Position numbers and translations under genes: made by a program
Notes under the pieces: model-generated
What the model saw: the letters and a program-made list of their open reading frames with translations, nothing else
Database searches by the model: none
Told to the model about the DNA's origin: nothing
Assembly (NCBI GenBank): GCA_009841475.1
Contig: VXLT01000318.1
Location: 1-56,928 of the forward strand
Direction of reading: 5' to 3'
Source of the DNA: Gemmatimonadota bacterium
Lineage (GTDB): Bacteria; Gemmatimonadota; Gemmatimonadetes; Longimicrobiales; Gaopeijiaceae
DNA length: 56,928 bases
Shown here: in pieces, positions 19,111 to 28,648 of the stretch
Position numbering within the stretch: the stretch's first letter is position 1
Layout of the letters: each line of letters opens with the position of its first letter

Positions 19111-19620
19111 GGTGCGCGCGTCCTTCGGCCTGGAGTTTCCCCGGTCCCGCGCGAACCCGGGAGCCCGCCCGGATTGAACCCGGTGATACGAGGCAGCCGG
19201 ATCCGACCGACAGCCAAACCCCATGGGGCGGGGGACGGAAGAAGTCCGTGTGAACCCCATGGTCATCGGCGATTGTATTCCGGCGCGAACCCCCGGATCG
19301 TAGCGCGTTCCTAGGTGTTTCGCCAAGCCTTGTCGCTGTCTTCGGCGGCTTGGAGCGCCGCTTAACCGACGATCCCCGGTCCGGGATTCGGACGAGCCGA
19401 CGGCAGCGGCGTCCGATGGCCCGGATACTGGTCCAGACGTTCTGGGACTACTTGGGACACTTGGGATGTTGGCCTACGGCTCCTAGCGGTGGGAATCGTT
19501 CAACGGTCCGCTCCTTCCTTCGATCCCATATGGTCACTATAAGGACATGATTACATGTCACCTTGGCCATATTATCGTCATATGAGACAACTCAGGCTGG
19601 GCGTCAGTGAGCAACAACCG

Positions 19621-19716
19621 TCACAATTGCCGCTTTCCCATGGACATCAGGCTTGACCCGAGCACATTCAGTCGCCATACTGTGACTACGAGTTCGGTGG
19701 GTGATTCCCGCCGAAG
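19621..19716 (+). promoter_or_regulatory. 96-nt promoter/leader module, copy B (-35 TTGACC at 19653-19658, -10 CATACT at 19676-19681)
   Basis: Inverted copy of 16587-16682. It sits about 50 nt upstream of the 19766 ATG, which follows a TAAGGAGG RBS. Confidence 0.65.
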
Positions 19717-19765
19717 CCCCAAGGGGTTCGGATGTTCCACACTCAATTGAGCTAAGGAGGCCCAA

Positions 19766-20284
19766 ATGAGTAACGCAGCAAGAATCATGTGGATCGCGCT
19801 CATCGCGGTCGTAGCGTCGCTGGCGACGACGGGTATCGCCAGCGCCCAAGACGGAAAACCCAAGCTCCCGGAGAAGTGTGCCACGTGCAGCGACTGCGCG
19901 AACTGCGACCGCGCTGCTTGGGGAACCACCGACTGTGACTACGAAGGCGAAGATCCGGAAGACCCGGATAATGGCTGCTGCCGACTCTTCGGCAATGCCT
20001 GCAATCCGACTTTCGCCCTGAGCCTCGAAGCCGAGGACATGGAGTTTGTCGCGGTGGAGGACGGAAGCGAGGGTGTGGCCGTGGCGAGGCTGAAAGGCGA
20101 TGTGTTCGGAACGTGGACCTGCGAGGACGGGGACCTCAAGGTTGCGTACCGCGCGCTCGCCGACGGTACGTTTCACAGCCTGAGCGGGGACGAGTTCGAG
20201 GCATATCGGCGTGAGTACTCGCTGAGCCAGTATGTCGCCTTGCTCAGTGACCGTCTTCGTGAGGCGGCGCAAGAAGCGGGTTGA
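19766..20284 (+). CDS. Cys-rich secreted protein (172 aa)
   Basis: Signal peptide MWIALIAVVASLATTGIASAQ. Cys cluster KCATCSDCANCDRAAWGTTDCDYEG...NGCCRLFGNACNP. Strong RBS. Its stop overlaps the start of the propeller gene. Confidence 0.7.
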   Translation: MSNAARIMWIALIAVVASLATTGIASAQDGKPKLPEKCATCSDCANCDRAAWGTTDCDYEGEDPEDPDNGCCRLFGNACNPTFALSLEAEDMEFVAVEDGSEGVAVARLKGDVFGTWTCEDGDLKVAYRALADGTFHSLSGDEFEAYRREYSLSQYVALLSDRLREAAQEAG

Positions 20285-21369
20285 CAACCGTGTTACAGCA
20301 GCGAATCCGGCGAGCTTCGGGGCTCGCCGGGTTCGCGTTACTGGCCCTCAACCTTCAGCTAGGTGCGCAGGCCACGGATCGCCTAACTGTGACCGAGGTA
20401 TGGGTTGCTGACGGCAACACACGGCTCGAAGAGCTCACGAGGATTACGGGAGCAGCCGAGAGCCCGCTGGGGACAGTGTGGATCGCGAGTTCCAGACCAG
20501 GAATGGTGCTGGCTGTGGCCCCGAACGGAGACAAGAGTGACGATTTCCTTGTCGCTCGCGACGGAGACGGTCCTGGTGAATTGCGGGGACCGGGTCGGGT
20601 TGATGTCATGCCGGACGGCAACATGGCAGTCCACGACATCGGACGTAACGCGGTGGAAGTCTACACTCCTGCCGGGGAGCCGGTTCGACGGGTGATTATG
20701 CCGATCAGCGTGGGATGGATTAAAGGATTCGCCGCGCTGCCAGGTGGCGGCTTCGTATTGAGCGGAGGGGTGTTCGGCAATGGCCACGCGATCCATCAAT
20801 TCGACGAACTGGGAGGGTATCTTCATAGCTGGGGTGAAGCCATGGAGGCCGAAGACATGATGGCCCGGTTCGTCGGGACGGGTGGGGCGCTCGACGTGCT
20901 GCCGGACGGATCCCTACTCTACTCGCGGGCGGCGCCCCACGAGATCGTACGGTACCAACTACCCACCTCTGGATCGGTCGCCCCGAGCGGTCGTACGATC
21001 GTTTCTATTGGTGGCCTCCTTGAGTCACCGGGAGACGATGTGCTCCTCAAGACGACTGACGAGAACGGGGTTTCCTATACCACGTTCAGGGTCTGGTATC
21101 CGCAGTCTAGGGGTGTGTTCCTAATGGCCGACGGGGCGATCTTGAACGTGATCACCCACTCGAACGAGGATCCAGAGTTGCGCCACACCATCTGGCAGCT
21201 CTTCAGTCCCTCCGGCGACCTGGAGGCCGAAGCTAGGACGGACGGGGTAATGTACCAGCCTTGGTTCCAGTGCTCCAACGGTGACATCCTCGCCTCGCGG
21301 CACGATGTATTGGGCGTAACATCGCTCGTCAGATTGAGGGTCAACTTCAACGGAGGATCGTCCGGCTAA
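20281..21369 (+). CDS. Six-bladed beta-propeller protein, paralog 2 (secreted)
   Basis: Signal-like N-terminus GFALLALNLQLGAQA. Signature ARDGDGPGELRGPG. TTG start overlaps the upstream stop. Confidence 0.7.
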   Translation: MTTVLQQRIRRASGLAGFALLALNLQLGAQATDRLTVTEVWVADGNTRLEELTRITGAAESPLGTVWIASSRPGMVLAVAPNGDKSDDFLVARDGDGPGELRGPGRVDVMPDGNMAVHDIGRNAVEVYTPAGEPVRRVIMPISVGWIKGFAALPGGGFVLSGGVFGNGHAIHQFDELGGYLHSWGEAMEAEDMMARFVGTGGALDVLPDGSLLYSRAAPHEIVRYQLPTSGSVAPSGRTIVSIGGLLESPGDDVLLKTTDENGVSYTTFRVWYPQSRGVFLMADGAILNVITHSNEDPELRHTIWQLFSPSGDLEAEARTDGVMYQPWFQCSNGDILASRHDVLGVTSLVRLRVNFNGGSSG

Positions 21370-21616
21370 CGCCGCAAAGCGGCGTGGCAAGCGCCTTCCC
21401 AGGGCCCGCCGCGCACAGTCCGAAGCGAGTCTGAATCGGGCGCATGTAGACGCTTCGGCAGATCCGCAGGAGCCCCGCGCCCGAACGCACGAGACGAGAG
21501 AGCGACCGGGCCACCGCCGACCGGGCGGCAACGCGCAGGAGGTCGTCCGCCTGTATCGGCGTGGCCTCCGGCTGGGCCTCGGCACACTCCATAGTCCGTT
21601 CCGGTAGGCTGTTCAT
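21347..21616 (-). CDS. AbiEi/DUF6088-like winged-helix fragment (89 aa), probably truncated
   Basis: Starts at the internal ATG at 21616. IQADDLLRVAARSAVARSLSRLVRSGAGLLRICRSVYMRP matches the AbiEi N-terminal pattern (..DL......V...LSRLVK.G.L.R...G.Y..P). The 3' end overlaps the convergent propeller gene by 23 nt. Confidence 0.35.
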   Translation of the reverse strand: MNSLPERTMECAEAQPEATPIQADDLLRVAARSAVARSLSRLVRSGAGLLRICRSVYMRPIQTRFGLCAAGPGKALATPLCGVSRTILR

Positions 21617-22027
21617 CGCGTCCGTTTCTCCGTCGCAGGTCCGCTCGCTCAACCCGACATCAACACCCGGCGCGGACGGGGGCGACCACGGACGAGGATG
21701 TCGTGGCCGTGCCACGCAACCAAGTCTCCGGCTGGGCACGCGCGCTGACCGCGCCCACCCGAGGATCCCCCTCTTCCCGGTCCTCTGGTTCCCGTCCATC
21801 CGGCCGTGTGCCGTTTCGCCAATGGGTCGGGCCTCGGCCGAGCTTCGCATCCCCCACCACCGGAACCTCGGCTTCCGCTCCTGTGCGGGGGTGCTCCACC
21901 ACCGCGTTGGCGGCGGGCTCCGGCGGCTCCCGGACAACGTCGGATAACTATAGACGCCATAGACACTTAGGAGATTTCCTATGGGTTGACGGTGGGAAGA
22001 AAAGTCCTTCACCATTGGGGGACACCG

Positions 22028-22543
22028 ATGACACTTGAGCAGGAGTTCAACTCACGGGTGAATGCGTTTCTGAGGCGAACGGGTGTGAGTCCCACGGCGC
22101 TCGGTCTGAAGGCGCTGGGCGACCCGAACCTGATGCGCCAGATCCGCCGCGGCCGATCGCCGTCACTGCGGACGGCGGACCGGCTCCTAGCGTACATCGC
22201 CGCCTACGAGCTGGCCGGAGGCGGTGCCCGGGATCCGCCCATCCGGTCCCGCAGGCCTCGGTTCGCGACGCGGGCGATGAGAACGAGGGAAGGCAGGGCG
22301 ATGACCACGAGCGTGACGGAGGAAAGAACGACCCCGACGACTCGACTCCTGCGGGTCTCGGAGGTACAGGCCCTAACGGGCTTGGCACGGAGCACAATCT
22401 ACGCGTGGTCGGCCCAAAGGCGCTTCCCCCCGGCGATCCGGTTGAGTCCGCGAGCGGTGCGCTGGATCGAGGCAGACGTGGAGGAGTGGCTCCGCGAGCG
22501 GGTCGCGGACGGCCGGGGCGAGGCCAAGGCCGTCGCCCACTGA
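22028..22543 (+). CDS. AlpA-family HTH regulator with an N-terminal extension
   Basis: C-terminal LLRVSEVQALTGLARSTIYAWSAQRRFPPAIRLSPRAVRWIEADVEEWL is the AlpA/MerR-like phage regulator motif. The alternative start at MTTSVTEE would give an AlpA-only product. Confidence 0.65.
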   Translation: MTLEQEFNSRVNAFLRRTGVSPTALGLKALGDPNLMRQIRRGRSPSLRTADRLLAYIAAYELAGGGARDPPIRSRRPRFATRAMRTREGRAMTTSVTEERTTPTTRLLRVSEVQALTGLARSTIYAWSAQRRFPPAIRLSPRAVRWIEADVEEWLRERVADGRGEAKAVAH

Positions 22544-22566
22544 CCCCAAGAGAGAAAGGAAAGACG

Positions 22567-22842
22567 ATGAGAACGTTGTTGACGACCGTGTGGGCCGCAT
22601 TCTGGCTGCTCACGCCGACTGCGCTGGTGGCGCAGGGAACGAGTCCGTGGGTGGACGCGGTGGCGGAGCTTGAGCGGCAGTTCACGGGACCCATCGCGCG
22701 CGGGCTGTCGCTGATCGCGATCGTGGTCGGCGGGCTGATGTTCGCGTTCGGTGAGGGCGGCAGCAAGCGCACGCTGGCCGGAATCATCTTCGGAATCGGG
22801 ATGGCGGTGGGTGCGGTGAACTTCCTAGCCTGGCTGTTCTGA
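22567..22842 (+). CDS. trbC: TrbC/VirB2-family conjugative pilin
   Basis: Signal peptide MRTLLTTVWAAFWLLTPTALVAQG. Two TM segments, GLSLIAIVVGGLMFAFG and GIIFGIGMAVGAVNFLAWLF. RBS GAAAGGAAAG. Confidence 0.75.
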   Translation: MRTLLTTVWAAFWLLTPTALVAQGTSPWVDAVAELERQFTGPIARGLSLIAIVVGGLMFAFGEGGSKRTLAGIIFGIGMAVGAVNFLAWLF

Positions 22843-23147
22843 TGCGGGACTTGAGGCGCTGGCCGGGCTACGCCGCGCTCAACCGTCCGCTGACGGTCCT
22901 AGGCGTCGAGCGGCGGCTGTTCCTGCTGGGCGCGACTCTAGCGCTCGCGGTGTGGAACGCGACCGCCTCGCTGATGGCGGGCGGCGTGGTGTTCGCCGCC
23001 TGCTACGGGGCAGGCTGGCTCGCGGGCCGCAAGGACCCGGCCATGCTGGCGGTGCTCCGGGCGGCGGCGCGCTATCCGGCGCGTTTCGATCCGGGCAAAT
23101 GGGCGGACGAACCCTGGCACCTTCGGATCCGGACGGACGGCGGATGA
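22842..23147 (+). CDS. trbD: TrbD/VirB3-family protein
   Basis: LNRPLTVLGVERRLFLLGATLALAVWN plus a second TM segment. It sits between the pilin and VirB4 genes. Confidence 0.7.
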   Translation: MRDLRRWPGYAALNRPLTVLGVERRLFLLGATLALAVWNATASLMAGGVVFAACYGAGWLAGRKDPAMLAVLRAAARYPARFDPGKWADEPWHLRIRTDGG

Positions 23148-25597
23148 GGGTCGCCGAGGAGTTGCGTGCCTACGAGGCGGCCGGTTCTCTGGCCGAGGAG
23201 CTGCCCTACTGGGGCTGGCTGGACGACGGCCACACGTGCTTGGGGCGTTCGGGCGAACTGTTCACGGCGGGCCGGATCCGGCCCGCCGTGACGGACGGTC
23301 GCACACCGGACCAGATCGACCGCGTGCTGGGTCTCTGGCAGCGGCTATTGTCGGGGCTCGGTCCAGATACGCGACTCTACTTCTACTTGCTGCGAAGGCC
23401 GGGGTCCATCAAGGGCGAACTTCGGGAGTCGCGCAGGGACATTGCAGCCGTCTCGGAGCGGAACCGCCGTGCGTTTCTGGCCCGGCGCGTGCAGGCGCTC
23501 GAAGCCTACGTCGTCTGGTCGCTGGGGTCCGGCCTTCGTCCGGTGGCCGAGGATGCGCGGTCTGGACCGGTCTCCCGGCTGATTCGAAGATGGGGACGCC
23601 GAAAGAAGGGCGCGTCCACCTACCTCGCCTCTGAGATCGACACGGCTGCCAGCCGTTTCCGGGCGGTGATCGACGCCGGGCGCTCGCTCGTCGCCGAGCA
23701 CACGCCCGTCGAATTGCTCGATGCACGCGACGGGTCGCGCCTCCTCTCCGAACTGACCAACAGGCCGGGGACGGTGTGGGATGGCGCGACCGGCAGCGGA
23801 ATGAACTGGCGGCTGGCGCTCTCGGAACTCGAAGCCGAGCGCAGCCACCTCCGTCTCGACGGCGAGCCGGTGATCCTCTATTCGCTTCTTTCGCCGCCCG
23901 GCCAGGCGCACGCCAACCTGCTCAAGGACCTCTACTGCCTGGACGCGGTCCTGACGGTCTCCCTCGAATGGAGACCGTGGACAGTCGAGAAGGCGCGGAG
24001 GCGGATCCGGGGTGCGCAGCGCCACTACTTCTCGCGCCGCTACTCGATGATGGCGCACATGCGCGAGACCGAGGGCACGGCGTCGGCGATGGTCGATTCG
24101 GCCGCCGTAGCGGAGTCGGACCGGCTGGGCGCCGCGCTTGTCGAGCTTGAGGCGGACGGTGTGGCCTACGGCGAAGCGTCGCTCACCGTCGCGCTCCATG
24201 GCGATCTGGACGAGATCGAGCGGCTGGACGGAGATGTGCGCCGCCTCTTCGCGGCGCACGACGCGAAGGTTGTCCGGGAAGGCTTCGGCCAACTCCCGGT
24301 CTGGTTCTCGCGGCTCCCCGCCCAGCCGCGGAGGCGGCAGGTGCGCAATGTCGTGGTCTCGGCCGGACTGGCCGCGTGTCTTGCGCCCGTGTTCGGACCG
24401 CCGAGGGGTTCGGCGCGCAGCAACCACCTTCGGCGCGAGTCGCTCGCAGTGCTGGAGACGCCGTGGCGCACCCCGTACCACTACGACCTGTTCGCGGGCG
24501 ACGTGGGCCACACGCTGATTCTGGGCGCGACGGGGTCGGGCAAGAGCTTCACGCTCAACTTCCTCCTGGTCGAGGCGCTCAAGTACGGCCCCCGGGTGTT
24601 GATCCTGGACCTGGGTGGCTCCTACCGCTGGCTGACCCGCTTTATCGGGGGCTCCTACCTTGAGCTCACGCCGGGCGAGTCTGAGTCCGGCCTCGAGCTT
24701 CAGCCGTTCGCGCTGCCGCCCACCACGCGCACGTTCCAGTTCCTGACCGGCTGGGTCCAGCGCCTGCTTCGCCTTGGCGGCTATGAGCCGGGCGGGGCGG
24801 ACACGAGCGAGATCCGGGCACGGGTCGAGGACCTGTATGCGTTCGACCGTAAGCGCCGAACCCTCCGCGTGCTGAAGGGTTCGCTCCCGTCGGCGATGTG
24901 GCCCGCTCTGAGCCGCTGGACCGGCGACGGAGCGTGGGGCCGCTACTTCGACAACCCGCCGGGCGAGACGGCCGACCTGGAGTTCCGGGACTGGCAGGTG
25001 ATCGACCTGGCGGGCGCGGCGGAGCACGCGGACCTCTGCGAGGCCGCTCTGTCGTACCTGCTGGAGCGGATGCGGCTGGAGATCGAGGACCCCGCCGAGG
25101 CCGCACGGCTCAAGCTGATGGTCGTGGACGAGGCGTGGCGCTATCTGGCGGACCCTTCGGTGCTCGCCTACTTGGCCGAGGCGGCGAAGACGTGGCGGAA
25201 GAAGAACGCGGCGCTGGTGCTCGCCACCCAGTCGGCGGTGGACGTGACCGGGACGCCCGGCGCATCGGCGCTGCTGGAGTCGGTGCCGACCAAGCTGTTC
25301 CTCGCGAACCCCGAGTTGCCCGAGGAGGTTGGGACGCTGTTCCGGCTGAACGGGTCGGAGGTGGCGCGGATCCGGGAACTCACGCCGAAGCGCGAACTGT
25401 ATCTCCGCCGCCCGGACGAGGCGGCAGTGCTTCGCCTCGAAGTCGATCCGGCGAGCTACTGGCTCTACACCTCGTCCCCGCTGGACGCGGAGAAGCGCGC
25501 CGAGGCCGTGGCGCAACACGGCCTGGTCCGGGCGCTCGAAGTGCTGGCAGGGCCGAACACACCCCAACCGACCAACAGAAAGGACGTGACTCCATGA
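23144..25597 (+). CDS. trbE: TrbE/VirB4 conjugative ATPase
   Basis: Walker A LILGATGSGKSF. Walker B LKLMVVDEAWRYL. ATGA overlap with trbD. The ORF-track start at 22952 lies inside trbD, so I moved the start to 23144. Confidence 0.85.
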   Translation: MRVAEELRAYEAAGSLAEELPYWGWLDDGHTCLGRSGELFTAGRIRPAVTDGRTPDQIDRVLGLWQRLLSGLGPDTRLYFYLLRRPGSIKGELRESRRDIAAVSERNRRAFLARRVQALEAYVVWSLGSGLRPVAEDARSGPVSRLIRRWGRRKKGASTYLASEIDTAASRFRAVIDAGRSLVAEHTPVELLDARDGSRLLSELTNRPGTVWDGATGSGMNWRLALSELEAERSHLRLDGEPVILYSLLSPPGQAHANLLKDLYCLDAVLTVSLEWRPWTVEKARRRIRGAQRHYFSRRYSMMAHMRETEGTASAMVDSAAVAESDRLGAALVELEADGVAYGEASLTVALHGDLDEIERLDGDVRRLFAAHDAKVVREGFGQLPVWFSRLPAQPRRRQVRNVVVSAGLAACLAPVFGPPRGSARSNHLRRESLAVLETPWRTPYHYDLFAGDVGHTLILGATGSGKSFTLNFLLVEALKYGPRVLILDLGGSYRWLTRFIGGSYLELTPGESESGLELQPFALPPTTRTFQFLTGWVQRLLRLGGYEPGGADTSEIRARVEDLYAFDRKRRTLRVLKGSLPSAMWPALSRWTGDGAWGRYFDNPPGETADLEFRDWQVIDLAGAAEHADLCEAALSYLLERMRLEIEDPAEAARLKLMVVDEAWRYLADPSVLAYLAEAAKTWRKKNAALVLATQSAVDVTGTPGASALLESVPTKLFLANPELPEEVGTLFRLNGSEVARIRELTPKRELYLRRPDEAAVLRLEVDPASYWLYTSSPLDAEKRAEAVAQHGLVRALEVLAGPNTPQPTNRKDVTP

Positions 25598-26472
25598 GAA
25601 CCCCAATCCTGGCGATTCTGCTCGGACTCGTCGTTGTCCTGCTGGCGCTGCTTCTGGCCGCGGTCCCAGCCGATGCCACCGCGCAGCAATCTCATGAAGA
25701 TGCCTCGTTTCTCCGCGTAGCGGTCGCCGGGGAGGACGAGGAGCTGATCCCCCGCGTTCGCGCGCGCGTGCGCCACACGACCTTGATCGTGCTTCCGGCC
25801 GGAGAGCGCATCCTCGATTTCGTGGTCGGCGACTTGGAGTACTGGCACCTGACCGGCGCGGCGAACGTCGCGTACCTGAAGCCCTTGGCCGAGGACGGGA
25901 CGACGAACGTCGCCCTCGTCTGCGAGTCGGGCCGGATCTATTCGTTCCTGGTGTCGGAGCACGGGGACAAGGCGCCACACCTGGTCGTCCGGGTCGATCC
26001 GGCCACGGAGGCGGCTGGCGCCGTCGCTGGCGCTCCCGGGTTCGTAGCCCGGAGCGAGGTCGTGGCCTACCGCCGGATGGCCGCCGAAGCGGCCGAAGTG
26101 GCGCGCAGGGCGCGTGACGAGGCGGATGCCGGGATCATCGAGGCCCGGCAGAAGGCCGAAGCGGACATCGAGGCGTTCCGGGCCGAGTATCCGGGACGGC
26201 TGCGGTTCGAGTACCGGCTGGACTCGGAGGCGGCCAAGCGGCCGTTCCTCGTCGAGGCGATGTGGCACGACGGTCGGTTCACCTACATCCGTTCGCGCGC
26301 GCAGGAGTCGCCCGCACTTTACGAACTGCGGGACGGCGAGCCTGCGCTGGTCGCGTTCGACCTCTCACAGGACGGCCTCTACGTCGCGCGCCATGTGTTG
26401 GATGACGGGTGGCTCCAGATCGGCGACAAGCGGCTGCGGTGGCGGTTCGACCCATTGGAGGAGGGCCGATGA
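25594..26472 (+). CDS. trbG: TrbG/VirB9-family protein
   Basis: Signal peptide MRTPILAILLGLVVVLLALLLAAVPADA. VirB9-like core TTLIVLPAGERILDFVVGDLEYWHLTGAANVAYLKPLAEDGTTNVALVCESGRIYSFLV. ATGA overlap with trbE. Confidence 0.65.
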   Translation: MRTPILAILLGLVVVLLALLLAAVPADATAQQSHEDASFLRVAVAGEDEELIPRVRARVRHTTLIVLPAGERILDFVVGDLEYWHLTGAANVAYLKPLAEDGTTNVALVCESGRIYSFLVSEHGDKAPHLVVRVDPATEAAGAVAGAPGFVARSEVVAYRRMAAEAAEVARRARDEADAGIIEARQKAEADIEAFRAEYPGRLRFEYRLDSEAAKRPFLVEAMWHDGRFTYIRSRAQESPALYELRDGEPALVAFDLSQDGLYVARHVLDDGWLQIGDKRLRWRFDPLEEGR

Positions 26473-27707
26473 GCCGCTGGAAGCAGCTGGTCAAGCAGCC
26501 GAAGGGCGCGCTTCCGGGCGGGATCGTCACTAAGGCCGGCATTGCGCTGATCGCCGTGTTGATCGCCGGGATGCTGTTCTCCTGGTCCCTGACCGGTCCC
26601 GAAGCGGACCCCATGGCTACCGCCGCGCCGGAGCCGAGGGCGGTGGACGACCGCGTGGGGCGGGCGCTCCAGGGGCGCCTGCGTGCGGAGGCCGAGCGCC
26701 AGGCCCAACAGGCGGCGGCCAACGAGGTCCGTACCGGCCTGGAGAGGCGGCAGGGCGCTGGCGAAGACGCGCCCCCGGTCGAGACGCGGGATGCGGCTCA
26801 GGGTGGCGTCGGCTCCGGCTTGGGCCAAGCGGAGGCCGAGCTTCGCGAGGCGCTCCGGCTCGAAGAGATCGAGCGGAGGACCCGATCGCTCCGCTCGCTT
26901 CCGGTCGCCCGGTCGTACCGGGATCCGGGCGGGATGCGCGGCGGAGCGGGGGCTTCTCCGGCGACACCCGAGCCGACCGATGCCGCGCTGGACGCGGCCC
27001 TGGCTTCCGTCGAGCGGTCCGTCGCCGCGCTCGGAGGCGAGTTGGCGGCCGGATTGGCCGGACAGCCCCTCCCGACTTCTCCCGAAGTTCCACCGCCAAC
27101 CCCTTCCCGGAGGCCCGGCACAGCGGAGCCGCCCCGTAGCGTCCGCCCGGATGACCCGCCGGGCTGGGAGCGGATCCGCGAGGGCTCGTTTCTCGAAGCG
27201 GTGCTGCTGACGCAGCTCTCGGGCGACTTCCCCGGCCCGGTGCTCGCGATGGTGTCGGTACCGTTTCATTCCGCGGACCGGCAGCGGGTCCTGATCCCGC
27301 GCGGCGCGCGCGTCGTCGGGACCGCCCACGCCGTTCAACACCGGGACCAGAGCCGCCTCGCCGTCTCCTTCCACCGGCTGCTGCTCCCCGACGGCGCCTG
27401 GATCGACTTGGAATTCTCGGGCCTCAACCAGGCGGGCGAGGCCGCGCTCAGGGACGAGGTGAACCGCCACTACTTCTCGACGTTCGCTGCCGCGGGCGCC
27501 ATCGGAGCCCTGAGCGGGCTCACGCTGGCCGGAGCCTCGCCCTACGGCCTCCAAGCCGGAGTCGGCCAGGGTCTCGGCAACAGCTCGACCACGCTTCTCG
27601 ACCGGTTCCTCAACCGGATGCCTGAAATCACGATCCGCGCGGGCCACCGCCTGCGCATCTGGTTCACTGCGGATGTCCTCATCCCCAACCCCACGACACC
27701 ACGCTGA
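26469..27707 (+). CDS. trbI: TrbI/VirB10-family protein
   Basis: N-terminal TM segment, a Pro/Ala-rich linker, and a C-terminal VirB10 core (GSFLEAVLLTQLSGDFPGPVLAMVS...RVLIPRGARVVGT...LLLPDGAWIDL). Confidence 0.75.
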   Translation: MSRWKQLVKQPKGALPGGIVTKAGIALIAVLIAGMLFSWSLTGPEADPMATAAPEPRAVDDRVGRALQGRLRAEAERQAQQAAANEVRTGLERRQGAGEDAPPVETRDAAQGGVGSGLGQAEAELREALRLEEIERRTRSLRSLPVARSYRDPGGMRGGAGASPATPEPTDAALDAALASVERSVAALGGELAAGLAGQPLPTSPEVPPPTPSRRPGTAEPPRSVRPDDPPGWERIREGSFLEAVLLTQLSGDFPGPVLAMVSVPFHSADRQRVLIPRGARVVGTAHAVQHRDQSRLAVSFHRLLLPDGAWIDLEFSGLNQAGEAALRDEVNRHYFSTFAAAGAIGALSGLTLAGASPYGLQAGVGQGLGNSSTTLLDRFLNRMPEITIRAGHRLRIWFTADVLIPNPTTPR

Positions 27708-27724
27708 ATCGAAAGGACTCTCCC

Positions 27725-28627
27725 ATGCAATACCGCACACTTGCACTTGCCGCGGCCCTTCTCATCCCGATCCTCGCGCTCGCCAGCCCGGCTCCCGCGA
27801 GCGCCCAGTTCGACTTCGGCAGCTGGTGGCAGCGCGCGCAGATCATCGCAAACCAGATCACGCAGATCACCAACCAGGTCCGCCAGCTTCGGTCGATGGC
27901 CCGCCAGCTCTCGGAATTGGAAGACCAACTCGACCACCTCGAGCGTTCCGCCCGAGGCGAAATCGAAGCGCTTCTGCAGCCGTTCTCCGATCTCGCGGCC
28001 GATCCCTTCGGTCTCGTCCGCGACGGGCTCGCCTGGCATTCCGACTTCACCGGGCCGGGCGGTGAGATGGTCGGGGCGGTGCGGGACTTCGGAACGGGCA
28101 ACTCCCTCACCGGCCTGTGGCGCACCGCACGGAACGCGGCCGACCGGGTGACCGAGGCGGACATCCTCGCGCTATACCGCGACTATTCGCCGGCAGTCGC
28201 GACGCGAGCGCTGGAGGACTACCGCCGCGCCCGCGAGGCTGCCGACCGGCAACGCGTGCTCGACTACGCCACGCTCGACGCGGCAGCCGCGCTGACGGGA
28301 ACCATCGAGAGCGCGCAGGGCTCGTTCGCCGATCTGACCGCGAACGGCAACCTGTCCAACACAGCCCTTCAGCAAGCCGGGGTCGCCGCCGCGCTCAGCC
28401 AGGGCCGGATCAACGCGGCAACGGCACAGGTGCTCGCCCACCAGGCGGCCGAGCAGGCGAACCGGACGCGGCTGGCCGAACTCGCGCGCCTGGAACAACT
28501 CGCCGAGTGGCGGGAGAGCCGGATGCGCGCGAACGCGTTCGCCCGGACGATGCAGGGCGCCGCGCTCCAAAACCGCGCCGCGCTTCGCGAAGGGCTCTTG
28601 TTCTGGATCCCGTCGTTCTACCGATAG
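27725..28627 (+). CDS. trbJ: TrbJ/VirB5-like protein
   Basis: Signal peptide ending PASAQ, then a coiled-coil segment IIANQITQITNQVRQLRSMARQLSELEDQL typical of TrbJ. Confidence 0.65.
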   Translation: MQYRTLALAAALLIPILALASPAPASAQFDFGSWWQRAQIIANQITQITNQVRQLRSMARQLSELEDQLDHLERSARGEIEALLQPFSDLAADPFGLVRDGLAWHSDFTGPGGEMVGAVRDFGTGNSLTGLWRTARNAADRVTEADILALYRDYSPAVATRALEDYRRAREAADRQRVLDYATLDAAAALTGTIESAQGSFADLTANGNLSNTALQQAGVAAALSQGRINAATAQVLAHQAAEQANRTRLAELARLEQLAEWRESRMRANAFARTMQGAALQNRAALREGLLFWIPSFYR

Positions 28628-28648
28628 AGACCGACGGGAACACTTGCG

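Noticed and set aside
16750-19326. 858-aa ORF antisense to the hybrid sensor-regulator. Similar long antisense or out-of-frame ORFs occur at 23345-25978, 28172-29767, 31366-32667, 34534-36036, 35543-37510, 40110-41117, 42121-44376, 44408-46069, 46093-47088 and 55445-56838.
   Set aside because: All are extremely Arg/Pro/Gly/Ala-rich with no recognisable motifs. Each lies opposite or out of frame to an ORF with clear family signatures. They are typical stop-codon-poor shadow frames of high-GC DNA.
19111-19620. Small ORFs (for example 19350-19550) and possible extra repeats between the regulator gene and promoter copy B.
   Set aside because: No RBS or motif supports the ORFs. Apart from short ACATGT-containing AT-rich patches also seen near copy A, I could not align this region convincingly to 16683-16800.
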